DNA of 64,000 bases from Pseudomonadota bacterium (GCA_036158955.1 JAYYFI010000018.1:35868-99867); one strand, 5' to 3'; shown: positions 29,468 to 39,215, counted from the first letter of the stretch. The notes: generated by a model from the sequence alone, not told the origin. A program made the numbers and translations.

Positions 29468-29835
29468 GGCTCCTGTTTCCTCATAGAATTTTTAAGCGCT
29501 ATTTTCCCATTTCTGAATGTGTAAACATCACACCCACGTGCTCGCACTTTTTTCCCGTCACTTTTCCTTGTTCCCGTAAAAATCCATTCGCAACAACCTC
29601 TATCGCCACTAAAAAAATCTTCTCCTACTGGCTCAAACTTGGCATCAGGATAACCCTCCCAGAGACTAGCAAAGCCTTTTTTAACCTCATCCCATCCCAC
29701 GCATTTTGTTCCTTCTTCGTCGAAACCAACTGATGCATAAAAAGCACAATCTGAATCCATGTGCTCCATTAATTTATCCACATCATGATCATTCCAGGCT
29801 TGGGTAAAAGTGGCCAAAAATTCTTTAGAGGTCAT
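29464..29835 (-). CDS. SnoaL/NTF2-like (ketosteroid-isomerase-like) small protein
   Basis: 123 aa with an NTF2-like alpha+beta cone pattern (WNDHDVDKLMEHM...). It is convergent with glnD and overlaps it by 4 nt. Confidence 0.55.
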   Translation of the reverse strand: MTSKEFLATFTQAWNDHDVDKLMEHMDSDCAFYASVGFDEEGTKCVGWDEVKKGFASLWEGYPDAKFEPVGEDFFSGDRGCCEWIFTGTRKSDGKKVRARGCDVYTFRNGKIALKNSMRKQEP

Positions 29836-29911
29836 TTTATATTCCTTGAAAATTTTGTTAAGTTAGAATTAATGATAACAGAAAAGAGATTATTTTGAGA
29901 AGGAGTACTTA

Positions 29912-31411
29912 GTGCCAGTAGACAAAATCGATGATGACCAACTTAAGGCAGTTTCAAAATCTTTGAACATGAATTTATCCGAGGGACAGATTTCTGATTA
30001 TAAAGAACTGGTGAATGGAACCCTCCAGGCTTACGACCTAGTAGATGAGTTAGAAAACTTTCTACCGTCGTCAAAGTATCCTCGAAACAAAGGGCGTCCG
30101 CCGTCAGAGCACGAAAATCCTAACAATGCCTGGTATTGGTTAACCGATATTAAGGGCTCGAAAGAAGGGGTTTTAAAAGGAAAGTCGGTAGCTTTTAAAG
30201 ATAATATCATGGTCCAGGATGTGCCTATGATGAATGGTTCTTCAACACTAGAGGGTTTCGTGCCTGAAGTTGATGCAACTGTTGTAAAAAATGTTTTAGA
30301 TGCAGGGGGTGTTATAAAAGGCAAGGCTAGTTGCGAATATTTTTGCACTTCTGGAGGAAGTCATACCAATGCCAAAGGTCCGGTTCATAACCCAATAAAG
30401 AGGGGATACTCGTCCGGTGGCTCATCGAGTGGTTGTGGTTCTCTTATCGCGTCAGGTGATGTTGACTTAGCAGTAGGTACTGATCACGGGGGGTCATGCA
30501 GGATCCCTGCCTCTTTTTGTGGAATAGTAGGCATGAAAGCGACATACGGTCTTGTTTCCTGTGATGGTATCATGCCAATCGAGGCTACGGTTGACTATGT
30601 GGGACCGATGAGTAAAACAGTTGAGGACTGTGCTCTATTACTGGAGGTTTTGGTTCGAGAAGATCAAGATTCAGGAAGTATTCCTAGGGCATTTAAAGGA
30701 GATGGGTATTTGTCCCAACTTAAAAATGGATGTGATAATTTGAAGATCGGGATCTTAAAGGAAGGGTTTAATTGCGAAAATTCTGAGCCAGAAGTTGACA
30801 AAGCTGTGCTTGAGGCCGCCAATCAGTTCAAGAAGATGGGCGCTATTGTTGAGTCTATTTCTATTCCCAATCATAGGTTTGCTACAGCTATTTGGACACC
30901 GATATATCTTGAGGGATTGGTTTGTTCATCAATGCAAGGGAATGGATATGGTAAAAATGCTGAAGGATATTTCTCTCCTTCGTTGATACAAGCTCACAAA
31001 GATTGGCGTAATCTTACTGATAGATTTGGCCCGCAAACCGAGTTAATAATGTTAGTCGGAGAGTATATTACTCAAAAATATAATTCTTATTTTTACGCTA
31101 AATCTCAGAATTTGCGCCGACTTTTAAGGAGAGATTATGAGATAAAATTCAAAGATTATGATCTGATCTTGATGCCAACTTTGCCGATGGTTGCAACAAA
31201 GCTTCCAAAAAAAGATGCAAAGGCGTCAGAAATAGTATCAAAATCGTTAGAAATGGCGATTAATACGCCGGCAGCAGACTTAACGGGGCATCCTTCAATT
31301 TCAATTCCCTGCGGCTATTCGAATGGATTGCCAGTGGGTTTAATGTTGACGGGTAGATTTTTTGAAGAGGGCAAGTTATTGGCAGCTGCTTATGCGTTTG
31401 AAAATAAGTAA
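29912..31411 (+). CDS. amidase (amidase-signature family, GatA-like)
   Basis: AS-family signature GGSSSGCGSLIASGDVDLAVGTDHGGSCRIPASFCG with the Ser-cisSer-Lys catalytic triad context. Confidence 0.85.
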   Translation: MPVDKIDDDQLKAVSKSLNMNLSEGQISDYKELVNGTLQAYDLVDELENFLPSSKYPRNKGRPPSEHENPNNAWYWLTDIKGSKEGVLKGKSVAFKDNIMVQDVPMMNGSSTLEGFVPEVDATVVKNVLDAGGVIKGKASCEYFCTSGGSHTNAKGPVHNPIKRGYSSGGSSSGCGSLIASGDVDLAVGTDHGGSCRIPASFCGIVGMKATYGLVSCDGIMPIEATVDYVGPMSKTVEDCALLLEVLVREDQDSGSIPRAFKGDGYLSQLKNGCDNLKIGILKEGFNCENSEPEVDKAVLEAANQFKKMGAIVESISIPNHRFATAIWTPIYLEGLVCSSMQGNGYGKNAEGYFSPSLIQAHKDWRNLTDRFGPQTELIMLVGEYITQKYNSYFYAKSQNLRRLLRRDYEIKFKDYDLILMPTLPMVATKLPKKDAKASEIVSKSLEMAINTPAADLTGHPSISIPCGYSNGLPVGLMLTGRFFEEGKLLAAAYAFENK

Positions 31412-31429
31412 ATCATAGGGGGTAATTTT

Positions 31430-32203
31430 ATGGTACTAGCTCACGAACTTTTCGGTTCTGGAAATGAGGGCGTGATTGTTATGCATGATTTTTATGGATG
31501 TAAAGATACTTGGTCTTTTACGAGAAATTTTTTCAACACTAAGGATTTTACTTTCGCGTTTACTGAAGTCAGAGGCTATGGTCAATCAAGACACATTCCA
31601 GGAGAATATTCCCCAGCAGAAGCATCTGCTGACATTTTAAATTTAGCCGATAATTTGGGGTGGGCTAACTTCCATGTAATGGGTCATTCAATGAGTGGAA
31701 TGCTCGCCCAAAGGGTGATGTTGGATGGAAAAGACAGAGTTCTATCTGCCATTTTAAATACTCCTGTGGCAGCCTCTGGCCTGAGTTTTTCTCCTGAAGG
31801 TTTTGCTTTGATCGAAGAATCGATTACTTGTAACGAAGCGCTTGCAAGAGCATTCAACGCATTAGCAGGCGAAAGGCTAGGAAAAGAGTGGGCAGAATTT
31901 AAAATGCGGCAAACCAGAACTAATCGGCTTAAAAAAGCCCAATCCGAATATTTTAAAAATTGTAGAGATCAGGGATTTTTAAGCGAAATAAATGGGATAA
32001 AAACGCCAACTCTAGTAGTGATAGGTGAACACGATATGGAACCTTTTACTCTATCAACCGCCCGCGAGACCTTTGGTAAATGGTATCCAAACTCCGAGAT
32101 CGTAGTTTGTAATAATGCTGCGCATTATCCCCAGCAGGAGACCCCAGTCTATTTTGCTAAACTGGTTAATGAATTTTTAATTAAACAACTATTAAAAAGT
32201 TAA
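31430..32203 (+). CDS. alpha/beta-fold hydrolase
   Basis: GHSMSG nucleophile elbow and an HGxxG-like oxyanion region near the N-terminus. 257 aa. Confidence 0.8.
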   Translation: MVLAHELFGSGNEGVIVMHDFYGCKDTWSFTRNFFNTKDFTFAFTEVRGYGQSRHIPGEYSPAEASADILNLADNLGWANFHVMGHSMSGMLAQRVMLDGKDRVLSAILNTPVAASGLSFSPEGFALIEESITCNEALARAFNALAGERLGKEWAEFKMRQTRTNRLKKAQSEYFKNCRDQGFLSEINGIKTPTLVVIGEHDMEPFTLSTARETFGKWYPNSEIVVCNNAAHYPQQETPVYFAKLVNEFLIKQLLKS

Positions 32204-32847
32204 ACTGGAATTATTGCTCCAGAAATACATGATGAGCTTTCTGAACAAAGAAAGCTTATAACTTCAGCGATTTCTTCTGGTTTTGTCCATGAACTTGAAT
32301 CCGCTTCTGGCATTTCCAATCTGTTTACAGGAGTATCTATTATACTTGGGCAAATCGCATTTACTGTGATGTTTGAATTTTTTAGCTCTGCTGCTAAAGT
32401 CTCGGTGATTCTCATTACTGCACTTTTTGCACAGACATAGCTACATAGCTTGGGCGAACCCTTTAGTGCACTTGTGGCCCCGATGTTAATGATACTCCCT
32501 TTTTTTTGGTTAATTAATTTAGGAATGATTACTTGTGAAATGTTTGTTAATGTTGTCACGTTGAGCCTAAACATTTTTTCCCAATTCTTCTCGCAAGGAC
32601 CGAATGGTGATTCGTCGAGGGCAAATCCGCCCGCAATGTTAACTAATGCATCTGGATGAATGTTACGGCATGCTTTTTCAATGCTTTCAACAGAGCAAAG
32701 GTCGGCTTTTAAAACCTTGAAAGGTTCATCCTGTTGCGATAGATCTAAACCGTAAACGTTGGCGCCATGCTCAGAGAGTATCTTACAAGTTGCAGTTCCT
32801 AAATGACCAAGGGCTCCTGTAACTATTATATTTTTTTGAATAAGCAT
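32200..32847 (-). CDS. NAD(P)-dependent oxidoreductase, SDR/NmrA-like
   Basis: N-terminal TGALGHLGTATCK Rossmann motif. It is a short atypical SDR (215 aa). Its stop overlaps the stop of the convergent hydrolase gene by 4 nt. Confidence 0.65.
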   Translation of the reverse strand: MLIQKNIIVTGALGHLGTATCKILSEHGANVYGLDLSQQDEPFKVLKADLCSVESIEKACRNIHPDALVNIAGGFALDESPFGPCEKNWEKMFRLNVTTLTNISQVIIPKLINQKKGSIINIGATSALKGSPKLCSYVCAKSAVMRITETLAAELKNSNITVNAICPSIIDTPVNRLEMPEADSSSWTKPEEIAEVISFLCSESSSCISGAIIPV

Positions 32848-32855
32848 TTTTAACC

Positions 32856-33152
32856 TTAAGTAATTTTTTCTTTAATTCTCCGCTTTTTGTATAAGAAGTA
32901 TTCTCTCCTGATGTCTTGGTAAGAATTTGCTAAAATTTCGCAAGTTGCTCCATTATCGATAAAAAATCTAGTTAATCTCTTTAAAAGTTTGTCTGTTGTT
33001 TCAGTAGCTAAATCCTCTTTGACGGCTTTTGTTATATCAATCAAATACAACTGATAGTACCATTCCAACGAATTTAACCCGGCTGGTATTTTGTCGATTG
33101 ATTTGCTTGTTTTTTTTAAAATATCTAAAAAATTGCGTTTTGAGTCGTCCAT
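32856..33152 (-). CDS. hypothetical protein
   Basis: A 98-aa ORF directly upstream of, and co-directional with, the SDR gene. No recognisable domain. Confidence 0.3.
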   Translation of the reverse strand: MDDSKRNFLDILKKTSKSIDKIPAGLNSLEWYYQLYLIDITKAVKEDLATETTDKLLKRLTRFFIDNGATCEILANSYQDIRREYFLYKKRRIKEKIT

Positions 33153-33212
33153 CAGTCAGAATATAGCAGACTTCAACTTATTTTTCGCATACAATGAAAC
33201 CAACTAGGAAAA

Positions 33213-33638
33213 ATGGAAAATCATATGAAATCATTACTTGTCAAAATAATGCCAAAAATCACCTTCTTTAATATTCTGTTACTGATCGGAATTATGTCCG
33301 CTTCTCCGGTATTTTCTCATGGGGTCACGCTAGCGGACTATGAAGGGCCTGTTGTGGTAAATGTCTTGTTTCCAATTGGGGATGGAGGAAAAGATTATTC
33401 TGCTTTTGTGAAAGTTTTGGAAAAGTCAGTTCCTAAATATGATGGTTTAGACGGTTTAATTCGTAAATATTATCTTGTGACTGGAGACAATACAAAAGCA
33501 GGTGGTGTTTATTTTTGGGAATCTATTGATAAAGCTAATGCTTGGTTCACGCCAGAATGGTTTGACTATATCAAAACAAAATTTGGCGAGTCTCCAAGCG
33601 TTGAATATTTTAAGGCACCAGTAATAGTAAATAACTAA
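33213..33638 (+). CDS. YdhR-like putative monooxygenase (dimeric alpha+beta barrel) with N-terminal signal/TM segment
   Basis: The C-terminal part (…TKAGGVYFWESIDKANAWF…) resembles the E. coli YdhR family. It is preceded by a hydrophobic N-terminus (ITFFNILLLIGIMSASPVFS). Confidence 0.5.
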   Translation: MENHMKSLLVKIMPKITFFNILLLIGIMSASPVFSHGVTLADYEGPVVVNVLFPIGDGGKDYSAFVKVLEKSVPKYDGLDGLIRKYYLVTGDNTKAGGVYFWESIDKANAWFTPEWFDYIKTKFGESPSVEYFKAPVIVNN

Positions 33639-33639
33639 T

Positions 33640-33668
33640 ATTGACTAATTGGATTAGCTGGTTTTAAT
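33640..33668 (+). promoter_or_regulatory. putative sigma-70 promoter for the AOR gene (TTGACT-N17-TTAATT)
   Basis: -35 TTGACT (33640-33645), 17-nt spacer, -10 TTAATT (33663-33668). This lies about 35 nt upstream of the ATG at 33703. Confidence 0.3.
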
Positions 33669-33702
33669 TAGTCCTGATAGGCCAAATTAATTGGAGTAAA
33701 AA

Positions 33703-35424
33703 ATGCGTGAATATTTAAAAATCAATTTAAATGATAAAAAAATTGAGCGGGAGACTTTCGCGGGAGAAAGGTTAGCAAGAGCAGGTCGTTACTTTATCGC
33801 CGAACAATTAGTTGCGGCCGGTGCGGCTAAAGCGGACCCACTCGGACCAGATAATCCATTAATATTTTCTGCTGGCCCATTTGCTGGGAGTAATTTTTCG
33901 AATGCTAATAGAACAAGTGTTGGATGTAAAAGCCCACTGACTGGTGGAATAAAAGAGTCTAACGCTGGTGGTTCCTTTGGTCTTGCTTTAGGCCAACTGA
34001 GTATAGCTGGTTTCACATTAAACGGCTCTTCTGAGGAATGGACCGTTATTCACATCAAGAAAGATAGTAAAGTAGAATGGCACGGAGCTGAAGATTTGAT
34101 GGGAAAAGGAAATTTTGAGGCCGCAAAACTATTACATGAAAAATTCGGGGATAAGGTCAGTTTGGCTATCTGTGGCCCCGTAGGAGAATATGGGGGTCTG
34201 CTTGCTGGTATTGCGATGAGTGACACTGACAAAAGACCGACAAGATTAGCTGCAAGAGGTGGCGTTGGGGCAGTTATGGGCTCAAAGAGAGTAAAAGCGA
34301 TCGTTGTTGATTTGGATCGAATGCCAGAATTCAGTGATAGAAAAGGCTTATTAAAGGGTATCAAAGACTACGGAAAATTATTACAGGCAGATGAAGCTAT
34401 TACGGCGCTTAAAGATTATGGCACAGCGATGATGGCTGATTATACTAATTATGTGGGTGGTTTGCCGGTAAATAATTTTAGCTCTGGTCACCAGAAGCCT
34501 GATGACGAGGATAACTTCAAGATGGGTGGGCAATTTATTCGTAATCAAAACTTACAACGCGGTGGTGAGACTAGTCATGCGTGTATGCCTGGTTGTAGGA
34601 TTGAATGTAGCAATGTCTATGCTGACGAAGATGGTAATGAGATTGCTTCCCCCGTTGAATATGAAACGTTAGGGCTGATGGGTACAAATTGTGGTATATC
34701 AGATCCAGACGAACTTGCCAGATTAAATTGGTTTGCTAATGACCTTGGAATAGACACCATTGAAGCTGGAGCAATGATGGGTGTTCTATTAGATGCAGGC
34801 CTTGCCGAGTTTGGCGATGTGAAGTTCTTGACTCAGGTCCTCCAAGAAATTCGAGAGGGAACTGAAAGTGGAAAACTTTGGGCACAGGGTACCGGAATTG
34901 TTGGCAAACACTATAAAATAAATAGGGTGCCTGTTATAAAAAATCAGGGTATCAGTGCTTATGACCCAAGAGTGATAGAGGTAACGGGTATATCAATGAT
35001 GTTGACGGCTCAAGGAGCTGATCACACCACCGGCAATGTCGCCAAATACGAATCGATTGATAAAGACGTTGATGAATTGGTTTCAACTAGCCTTGAGACG
35101 CAGGTTGTATGCGCGACTGCAGATTCACTAGGGCTCTGTGTGTTTGGGCGCTCGGTCACTAATACCAATGTTGAAATGATAGTCGACCTAATTAACAAAG
35201 CCACAGGTTCTGAGCTTGAATCTAATTTCTTTTTTAAGCTTGGTCAAGAAACACTTAGACTCGAGGCGCAGTTCAATAAAGAGGCTGGTTTTCAGGTAGA
35301 AGACGATGATCTTCCGCAGTTTTTCTACGATGAGCCTCTCGCTCCATCTGAACAAGTTGCGCGATTCAAAGCGCAAGAGGTAAATGATGCTGCTAGTAAA
35401 TGGTGGAAATCACAAGGGTATTAA
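33703..35424 (+). CDS. aldehyde:ferredoxin oxidoreductase (AOR) family tungsten/molybdenum pterin enzyme
   Basis: AFOR N-terminal domain (MREYLKINLNDKKIERE...SAGPFAG...GCKSPLTGG) and a C-terminal domain with the 4Fe-4S Cys cluster (ACMPGCRIEC). 573 aa. Confidence 0.8.
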   Translation: MREYLKINLNDKKIERETFAGERLARAGRYFIAEQLVAAGAAKADPLGPDNPLIFSAGPFAGSNFSNANRTSVGCKSPLTGGIKESNAGGSFGLALGQLSIAGFTLNGSSEEWTVIHIKKDSKVEWHGAEDLMGKGNFEAAKLLHEKFGDKVSLAICGPVGEYGGLLAGIAMSDTDKRPTRLAARGGVGAVMGSKRVKAIVVDLDRMPEFSDRKGLLKGIKDYGKLLQADEAITALKDYGTAMMADYTNYVGGLPVNNFSSGHQKPDDEDNFKMGGQFIRNQNLQRGGETSHACMPGCRIECSNVYADEDGNEIASPVEYETLGLMGTNCGISDPDELARLNWFANDLGIDTIEAGAMMGVLLDAGLAEFGDVKFLTQVLQEIREGTESGKLWAQGTGIVGKHYKINRVPVIKNQGISAYDPRVIEVTGISMMLTAQGADHTTGNVAKYESIDKDVDELVSTSLETQVVCATADSLGLCVFGRSVTNTNVEMIVDLINKATGSELESNFFFKLGQETLRLEAQFNKEAGFQVEDDDLPQFFYDEPLAPSEQVARFKAQEVNDAASKWWKSQGY

Positions 35425-35980
35425 TTCTTTAAGATATCGCCAGCTAGTTCTATTTTTTTCCTTCAGCTGCCTCTGCTCCGTATATGGCCAGTCTCTTCCT
35501 GAAATAGAAACTGTTGAGAATCTAAATATCGGAAAGTATCTAGGAGTTTGGCATCAGATAGCGTTAATCCCTAACTATTTCCAGAAAGATTGCGTTGATG
35601 ACACTCAGGCTGAATATGAGGTTTTGTCGGACGACTCAATTACTATCCTTAACTCTTGTCTATCACTCGGTGGAGAGAGACTATTAGCTGCCGGGATAGG
35701 AAGAGCTACAGGGGAACCCCGTAACTTTGCGAGGCTCAAAGTATCTTTTGCGCCAAAATGGTTAGCTTGGATTCCTTTTGTCTGGGGTGATTATTGGATT
35801 TTATCAATAGACGACGAATATAATTCAGTTCTTATTGGTTCCCCTGATCGAAGATATCTATGGATATTATCAAGGCAAAAATTTATTCAAAAAGAGATTT
35901 TTGCTGACTATTTAGAAAAGGCAAAAAAGAATGAATTCGACACGTCTTTGTTGATTTATAAATTATCTTCCCTCCGTTAG
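35384..35980 (+). CDS. blc: bacterial lipocalin (Blc-like), probable lipoprotein/secreted
   Basis: Lipocalin SCR1 motif GKYLGVWHQIA and overall Blc length. The start as listed overlaps the AOR 3' end by 41 nt, so the true start is uncertain. Confidence 0.7.
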   Translation: MMLLVNGGNHKGINSLRYRQLVLFFSFSCLCSVYGQSLPEIETVENLNIGKYLGVWHQIALIPNYFQKDCVDDTQAEYEVLSDDSITILNSCLSLGGERLLAAGIGRATGEPRNFARLKVSFAPKWLAWIPFVWGDYWILSIDDEYNSVLIGSPDRRYLWILSRQKFIQKEIFADYLEKAKKNEFDTSLLIYKLSSLR

Positions 35981-37276
35981 GGTTGAAACAGCAAACACTC
36001 TTTTTATTTCTTTTGGCTTCATCACAGGGTGAAGGGTAGGTGTCTTAGCACGTACAACAGTGGCGTTATTTGCTTTAAGGTCAACAGTTATTTGTCCTCT
36101 CCAACTAGGCACCGATTTTTCGATCTCCGTCGTAGACGAAGGGCTCGAAGTTACGGTTTGCATAACTTTCCAAAGCTTATCATCATGATCAAAAATGAGC
36201 GAAACTGGGATGTTAAATGTTTCTTTGTCGATGAATAAGATTCTTCTTTTATAAGGGTGGCCTGCCCAAACAGATTTTACCTCAGTAACGTAACAATCTC
36301 TCAGCTGGTATTTGTGTTGCAGGGCTCTGCTGTTTGGACCGTAGACATTAATCAATTCCTTCTCCATATTTGAGACTGCAAGTATCTTTCGAGAACCGAT
36401 AAAGCTCCAAGTGTAATCTAGTACTCTTCCAGAGAATCCCTCAAAGTCGTCTAAGGTTACATTTGATCCCATAAAACTATCCGCTCTCTCTTTTGCTGAA
36501 AACCGTCTTACCCGTCGCTCTGTTGGTAAATAGGTGTTTACTTGATCGTCTGCGTGAGGATCTAACATGCGCTCAACCACAAATTTTGTGCCTTTCACAT
36601 CTCTCGGTTCTAAAAACTCCATAAAATCTTTATAGAATCTTGTATTACTATCTTTTAGATTAACCTTGTAATTATTTTGAGGGAGCATTGCAAGCTTATT
36701 TAAGTAAACTCGATGGTAGGACTGACTTAGGAGTCGATCTAATTTTCCACCCCCTAATAGCCCTTCGTTTTCATTCAGCGGTCCATCGTTATTTGACCCA
36801 CTTACATAGGCCATGGTGATAATGTCAATTTGATAACCAAAATGTTGCCAGCGATGTATGTTGTTCCATCCAATCATAAATCCTCCGACGTCGTTCGTTG
36901 CATTTTTTATCTCTTTATCGGAGAAAGGTTGCCCCGCAGTATAATTAATAAGACTTCCGTCTGTATCAATACTTGCCGTGTAAGCCCATTTTTTGGTTGC
37001 CGAGATATAGGACGAGTGCGGCTTTTCTACTTTTGTTTCTTGGATAACTAGTTTTAGTTCTGGAAATTTGAATTCCTCTATCATTCCGGGAGGAATCCAC
37101 TTGTTTAAAACTTCCGTATCGCCATTTGTCAGTATAGTTCCAGCCGTTGGCGCATCAGATTTCGGTTCATTTTTAACCCAGCCGTAGATTTCTGTATAAT
37201 TGACAGAAGCACTTACTGAGTGGGTCAACATAGAAAAAACGACTATAAAAGGTAGGATGTAAGAGGATAATTTCAT
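35963..37276 (-). CDS. DUF1329-family protein (predicted outer-membrane-associated, LolA-like fold; hydrophobic-substrate uptake partner)
   Basis: 437 aa with a signal peptide. Conserved stretches (ERRVRRFSAKERADSFMGSNVTLDDF) are typical of DUF1329 proteins, which are usually paired with outer-membrane DUF1302 proteins. Confidence 0.55.
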   Translation of the reverse strand: MKLSSYILPFIVVFSMLTHSVSASVNYTEIYGWVKNEPKSDAPTAGTILTNGDTEVLNKWIPPGMIEEFKFPELKLVIQETKVEKPHSSYISATKKWAYTASIDTDGSLINYTAGQPFSDKEIKNATNDVGGFMIGWNNIHRWQHFGYQIDIITMAYVSGSNNDGPLNENEGLLGGGKLDRLLSQSYHRVYLNKLAMLPQNNYKVNLKDSNTRFYKDFMEFLEPRDVKGTKFVVERMLDPHADDQVNTYLPTERRVRRFSAKERADSFMGSNVTLDDFEGFSGRVLDYTWSFIGSRKILAVSNMEKELINVYGPNSRALQHKYQLRDCYVTEVKSVWAGHPYKRRILFIDKETFNIPVSLIFDHDDKLWKVMQTVTSSPSSTTEIEKSVPSWRGQITVDLKANNATVVRAKTPTLHPVMKPKEIKRVFAVSTLTEGR

Positions 37277-37347
37277 CTATTACTCTGTCTCGCAAAATTC
37301 ATGATTAATTTGATGATACCATTATTGAAAGTATAAAAGCCAAAAAG

Positions 37348-37950
37348 TTGAAAACTATGAGTGAAAAATCAAAAAATACAGATCCCACTTTTTATAATTC
37401 GCTTGATGAGTCTGAGAAAAATGCTTGGTGGTTATTTGAAGCTGGAATTAAAGACAGGAAATCTTACTTTCATACTCCTGTAGTTGTCTCAAAAACTGAA
37501 ACGGGCAATGTTAACCCGAGAACAATGGTTTTGCGAGCAGTGAATAAATCCGCATTAGAGTTACAATTTCATACTGATAAACGCAGTAATAAGATTAATG
37601 AATTTGCTGCGAATAAATCAGGAGCAGTCTTAGTCTATGATATGGTAACCAAAGTGCAAGTTAGAATCGATGCCGAATTCCGGATAATCGATGACCTTGT
37701 TATTCTTGAGGATCGTTGGTCTAAAATGAAAAGCATGAGTAAAGAATGTTACGCTGTTTCTAAACCTCCAGGAGCCGAGTTGAAAGATCCAATTAATGTA
37801 GACTTCGATGTTGATGGTGAATCTAACTTTATAATTCTATCAGCTAAGGTGTTACAGTTGGAGTGGCTCTATTTGTGCTATAAAGGAAACAGGAGAGCAC
37901 TTTTTGATTACCGTACTGAACAACCAGTAAAAAGTTGGCTAGTTCCTTGA
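37348..37950 (+). CDS. pyridoxamine 5'-phosphate oxidase-like FMN-binding protein
   Basis: Split-barrel PNPOx-like N-terminus (…RTMVLRAV…VLVYD…). 200 aa. Confidence 0.65.
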   Translation: MKTMSEKSKNTDPTFYNSLDESEKNAWWLFEAGIKDRKSYFHTPVVVSKTETGNVNPRTMVLRAVNKSALELQFHTDKRSNKINEFAANKSGAVLVYDMVTKVQVRIDAEFRIIDDLVILEDRWSKMKSMSKECYAVSKPPGAELKDPINVDFDVDGESNFIILSAKVLQLEWLYLCYKGNRRALFDYRTEQPVKSWLVP

Positions 37951-37960
37951 ATATTGGTCT

Positions 37961-38407
37961 ATGAACTATTCTGTAATTCGAACATGTAAATTTTGGTTCG
38001 ATCTGCGACTGTGGAGCATCGCTTCGAAAAATACTTTATTTTGTTTGGTTGGGTGTTCTATTGGTGACTTGGGCACGATTCTATTTTTTCAGCTAAACAA
38101 TATTTATTGGCCAACCCTTTTAATTATGGGTTTGGCTGTAATTAACGGCTTGCTAACATCGATATTACTTGAAACGGTAATACTTTCGTTTCAAATGACG
38201 TTTAAAGACGCTATTCAATTAGCAATCAAAATGTCACTTTTGTCTATGGTAGCTATGGAAGTTGCAATGAATAGTACTGATTTTATACTAGTTGGTGGCG
38301 CCGAATTGAATTGGAAGGTTTTGCCCTATGTACTGCTTGCTGGTTTTTTCACTCCGCTTCCTTACAACTATTATAAACTTAAATTTTACGGTAAATCATG
38401 TCATTAA
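37961..38407 (+). CDS. hypothetical integral membrane protein
   Basis: 148 aa with 3-4 predicted TM helices. I recognise no family. Confidence 0.4.
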   Translation: MNYSVIRTCKFWFDLRLWSIASKNTLFCLVGCSIGDLGTILFFQLNNIYWPTLLIMGLAVINGLLTSILLETVILSFQMTFKDAIQLAIKMSLLSMVAMEVAMNSTDFILVGGAELNWKVLPYVLLAGFFTPLPYNYYKLKFYGKSCH

Positions 38408-38417
38408 GGAGGGCATT

Positions 38418-39203
38418 ATGATACCAGTTAACCCAGATCGCAAGACGGTTTTAATCACCGGGGGAAACAAAGGGATTGGATTTGCAATTGCAAAAAAATT
38501 TGCGACTGAAGGATTTAATATAGTTATTTCAGGTCGAGACGAAAAAGCTTTAAAAAGTGCAAGCACGCAATTGGCTGAATATAGTGATGTACCTTCTAAC
38601 TATTTCACATGTGATGTTACAAACCAAAACGATATTAAATCTATGATTGATCAAATCACAAACGTTACTACAATTGACGTCTTGATTAATAACGCAGGTA
38701 TTCATGAAACTAAATCGTTCATGGATTATGAATTACAGGACTTCAAACGAGTCATTGAAACCAATCTTTATAGTGTGTTTCTTATTTCAAAATTAGTAGC
38801 TGGCAATATGTTAAAGAATAAATCGGGGTGTATTGTTAATATAGCCTCGACTGCAGGCAAATGGGGTTCAAAAAACCAGTCTGCCTACAATGCCTCTAAG
38901 CATGCTGTGGTAGGACTCACGAGGTGTATGGCTTTAGAGCTCGCCAGCTATAAAATAAATGTCAACGCTATCTGCCCTTGGATAGTAGAAACTGAGATGG
39001 GATCAAGGCTTTTAGCTGACCATGCAACCATCAAAGAGGATAGCGTCGAAAACTTACTTGAGGGGCTCAAAAACAGTAATCCTTTGGGTAGACTGATAAT
39101 GCCTGAGGAAGTAGCTTCCTTGGCCTTTTATTTGGCAGGAGATCACGCGGCTGCCGTCACTGGTCAATCATGGTCAGTGGATGGGGGTTATACAATGATA
39201 TGA
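38418..39203 (+). CDS. SDR-family oxidoreductase (FabG-like 3-oxoacyl reductase)
   Basis: I call the start at the ATG at 38418 (MIPVNPDRKTVLITGGNKGIGFAIA), which is preceded by an AAGGAGGG RBS. Catalytic S...YNASK is present. The six-frame ORF from 38328 is over-extended. Confidence 0.85.
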   Translation: MIPVNPDRKTVLITGGNKGIGFAIAKKFATEGFNIVISGRDEKALKSASTQLAEYSDVPSNYFTCDVTNQNDIKSMIDQITNVTTIDVLINNAGIHETKSFMDYELQDFKRVIETNLYSVFLISKLVAGNMLKNKSGCIVNIASTAGKWGSKNQSAYNASKHAVVGLTRCMALELASYKINVNAICPWIVETEMGSRLLADHATIKEDSVENLLEGLKNSNPLGRLIMPEEVASLAFYLAGDHAAAVTGQSWSVDGGYTMI

Positions 39204-39215
39204 TTTACCCACAAA

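Noticed and set aside
35384-35424. 41-nt overlap between the AOR 3' end and the listed lipocalin start
   Set aside because: It is more likely a mis-called, over-extended lipocalin start than a genuine long overlap or a programmed frameshift. No slippery heptamer or stimulatory structure is evident.
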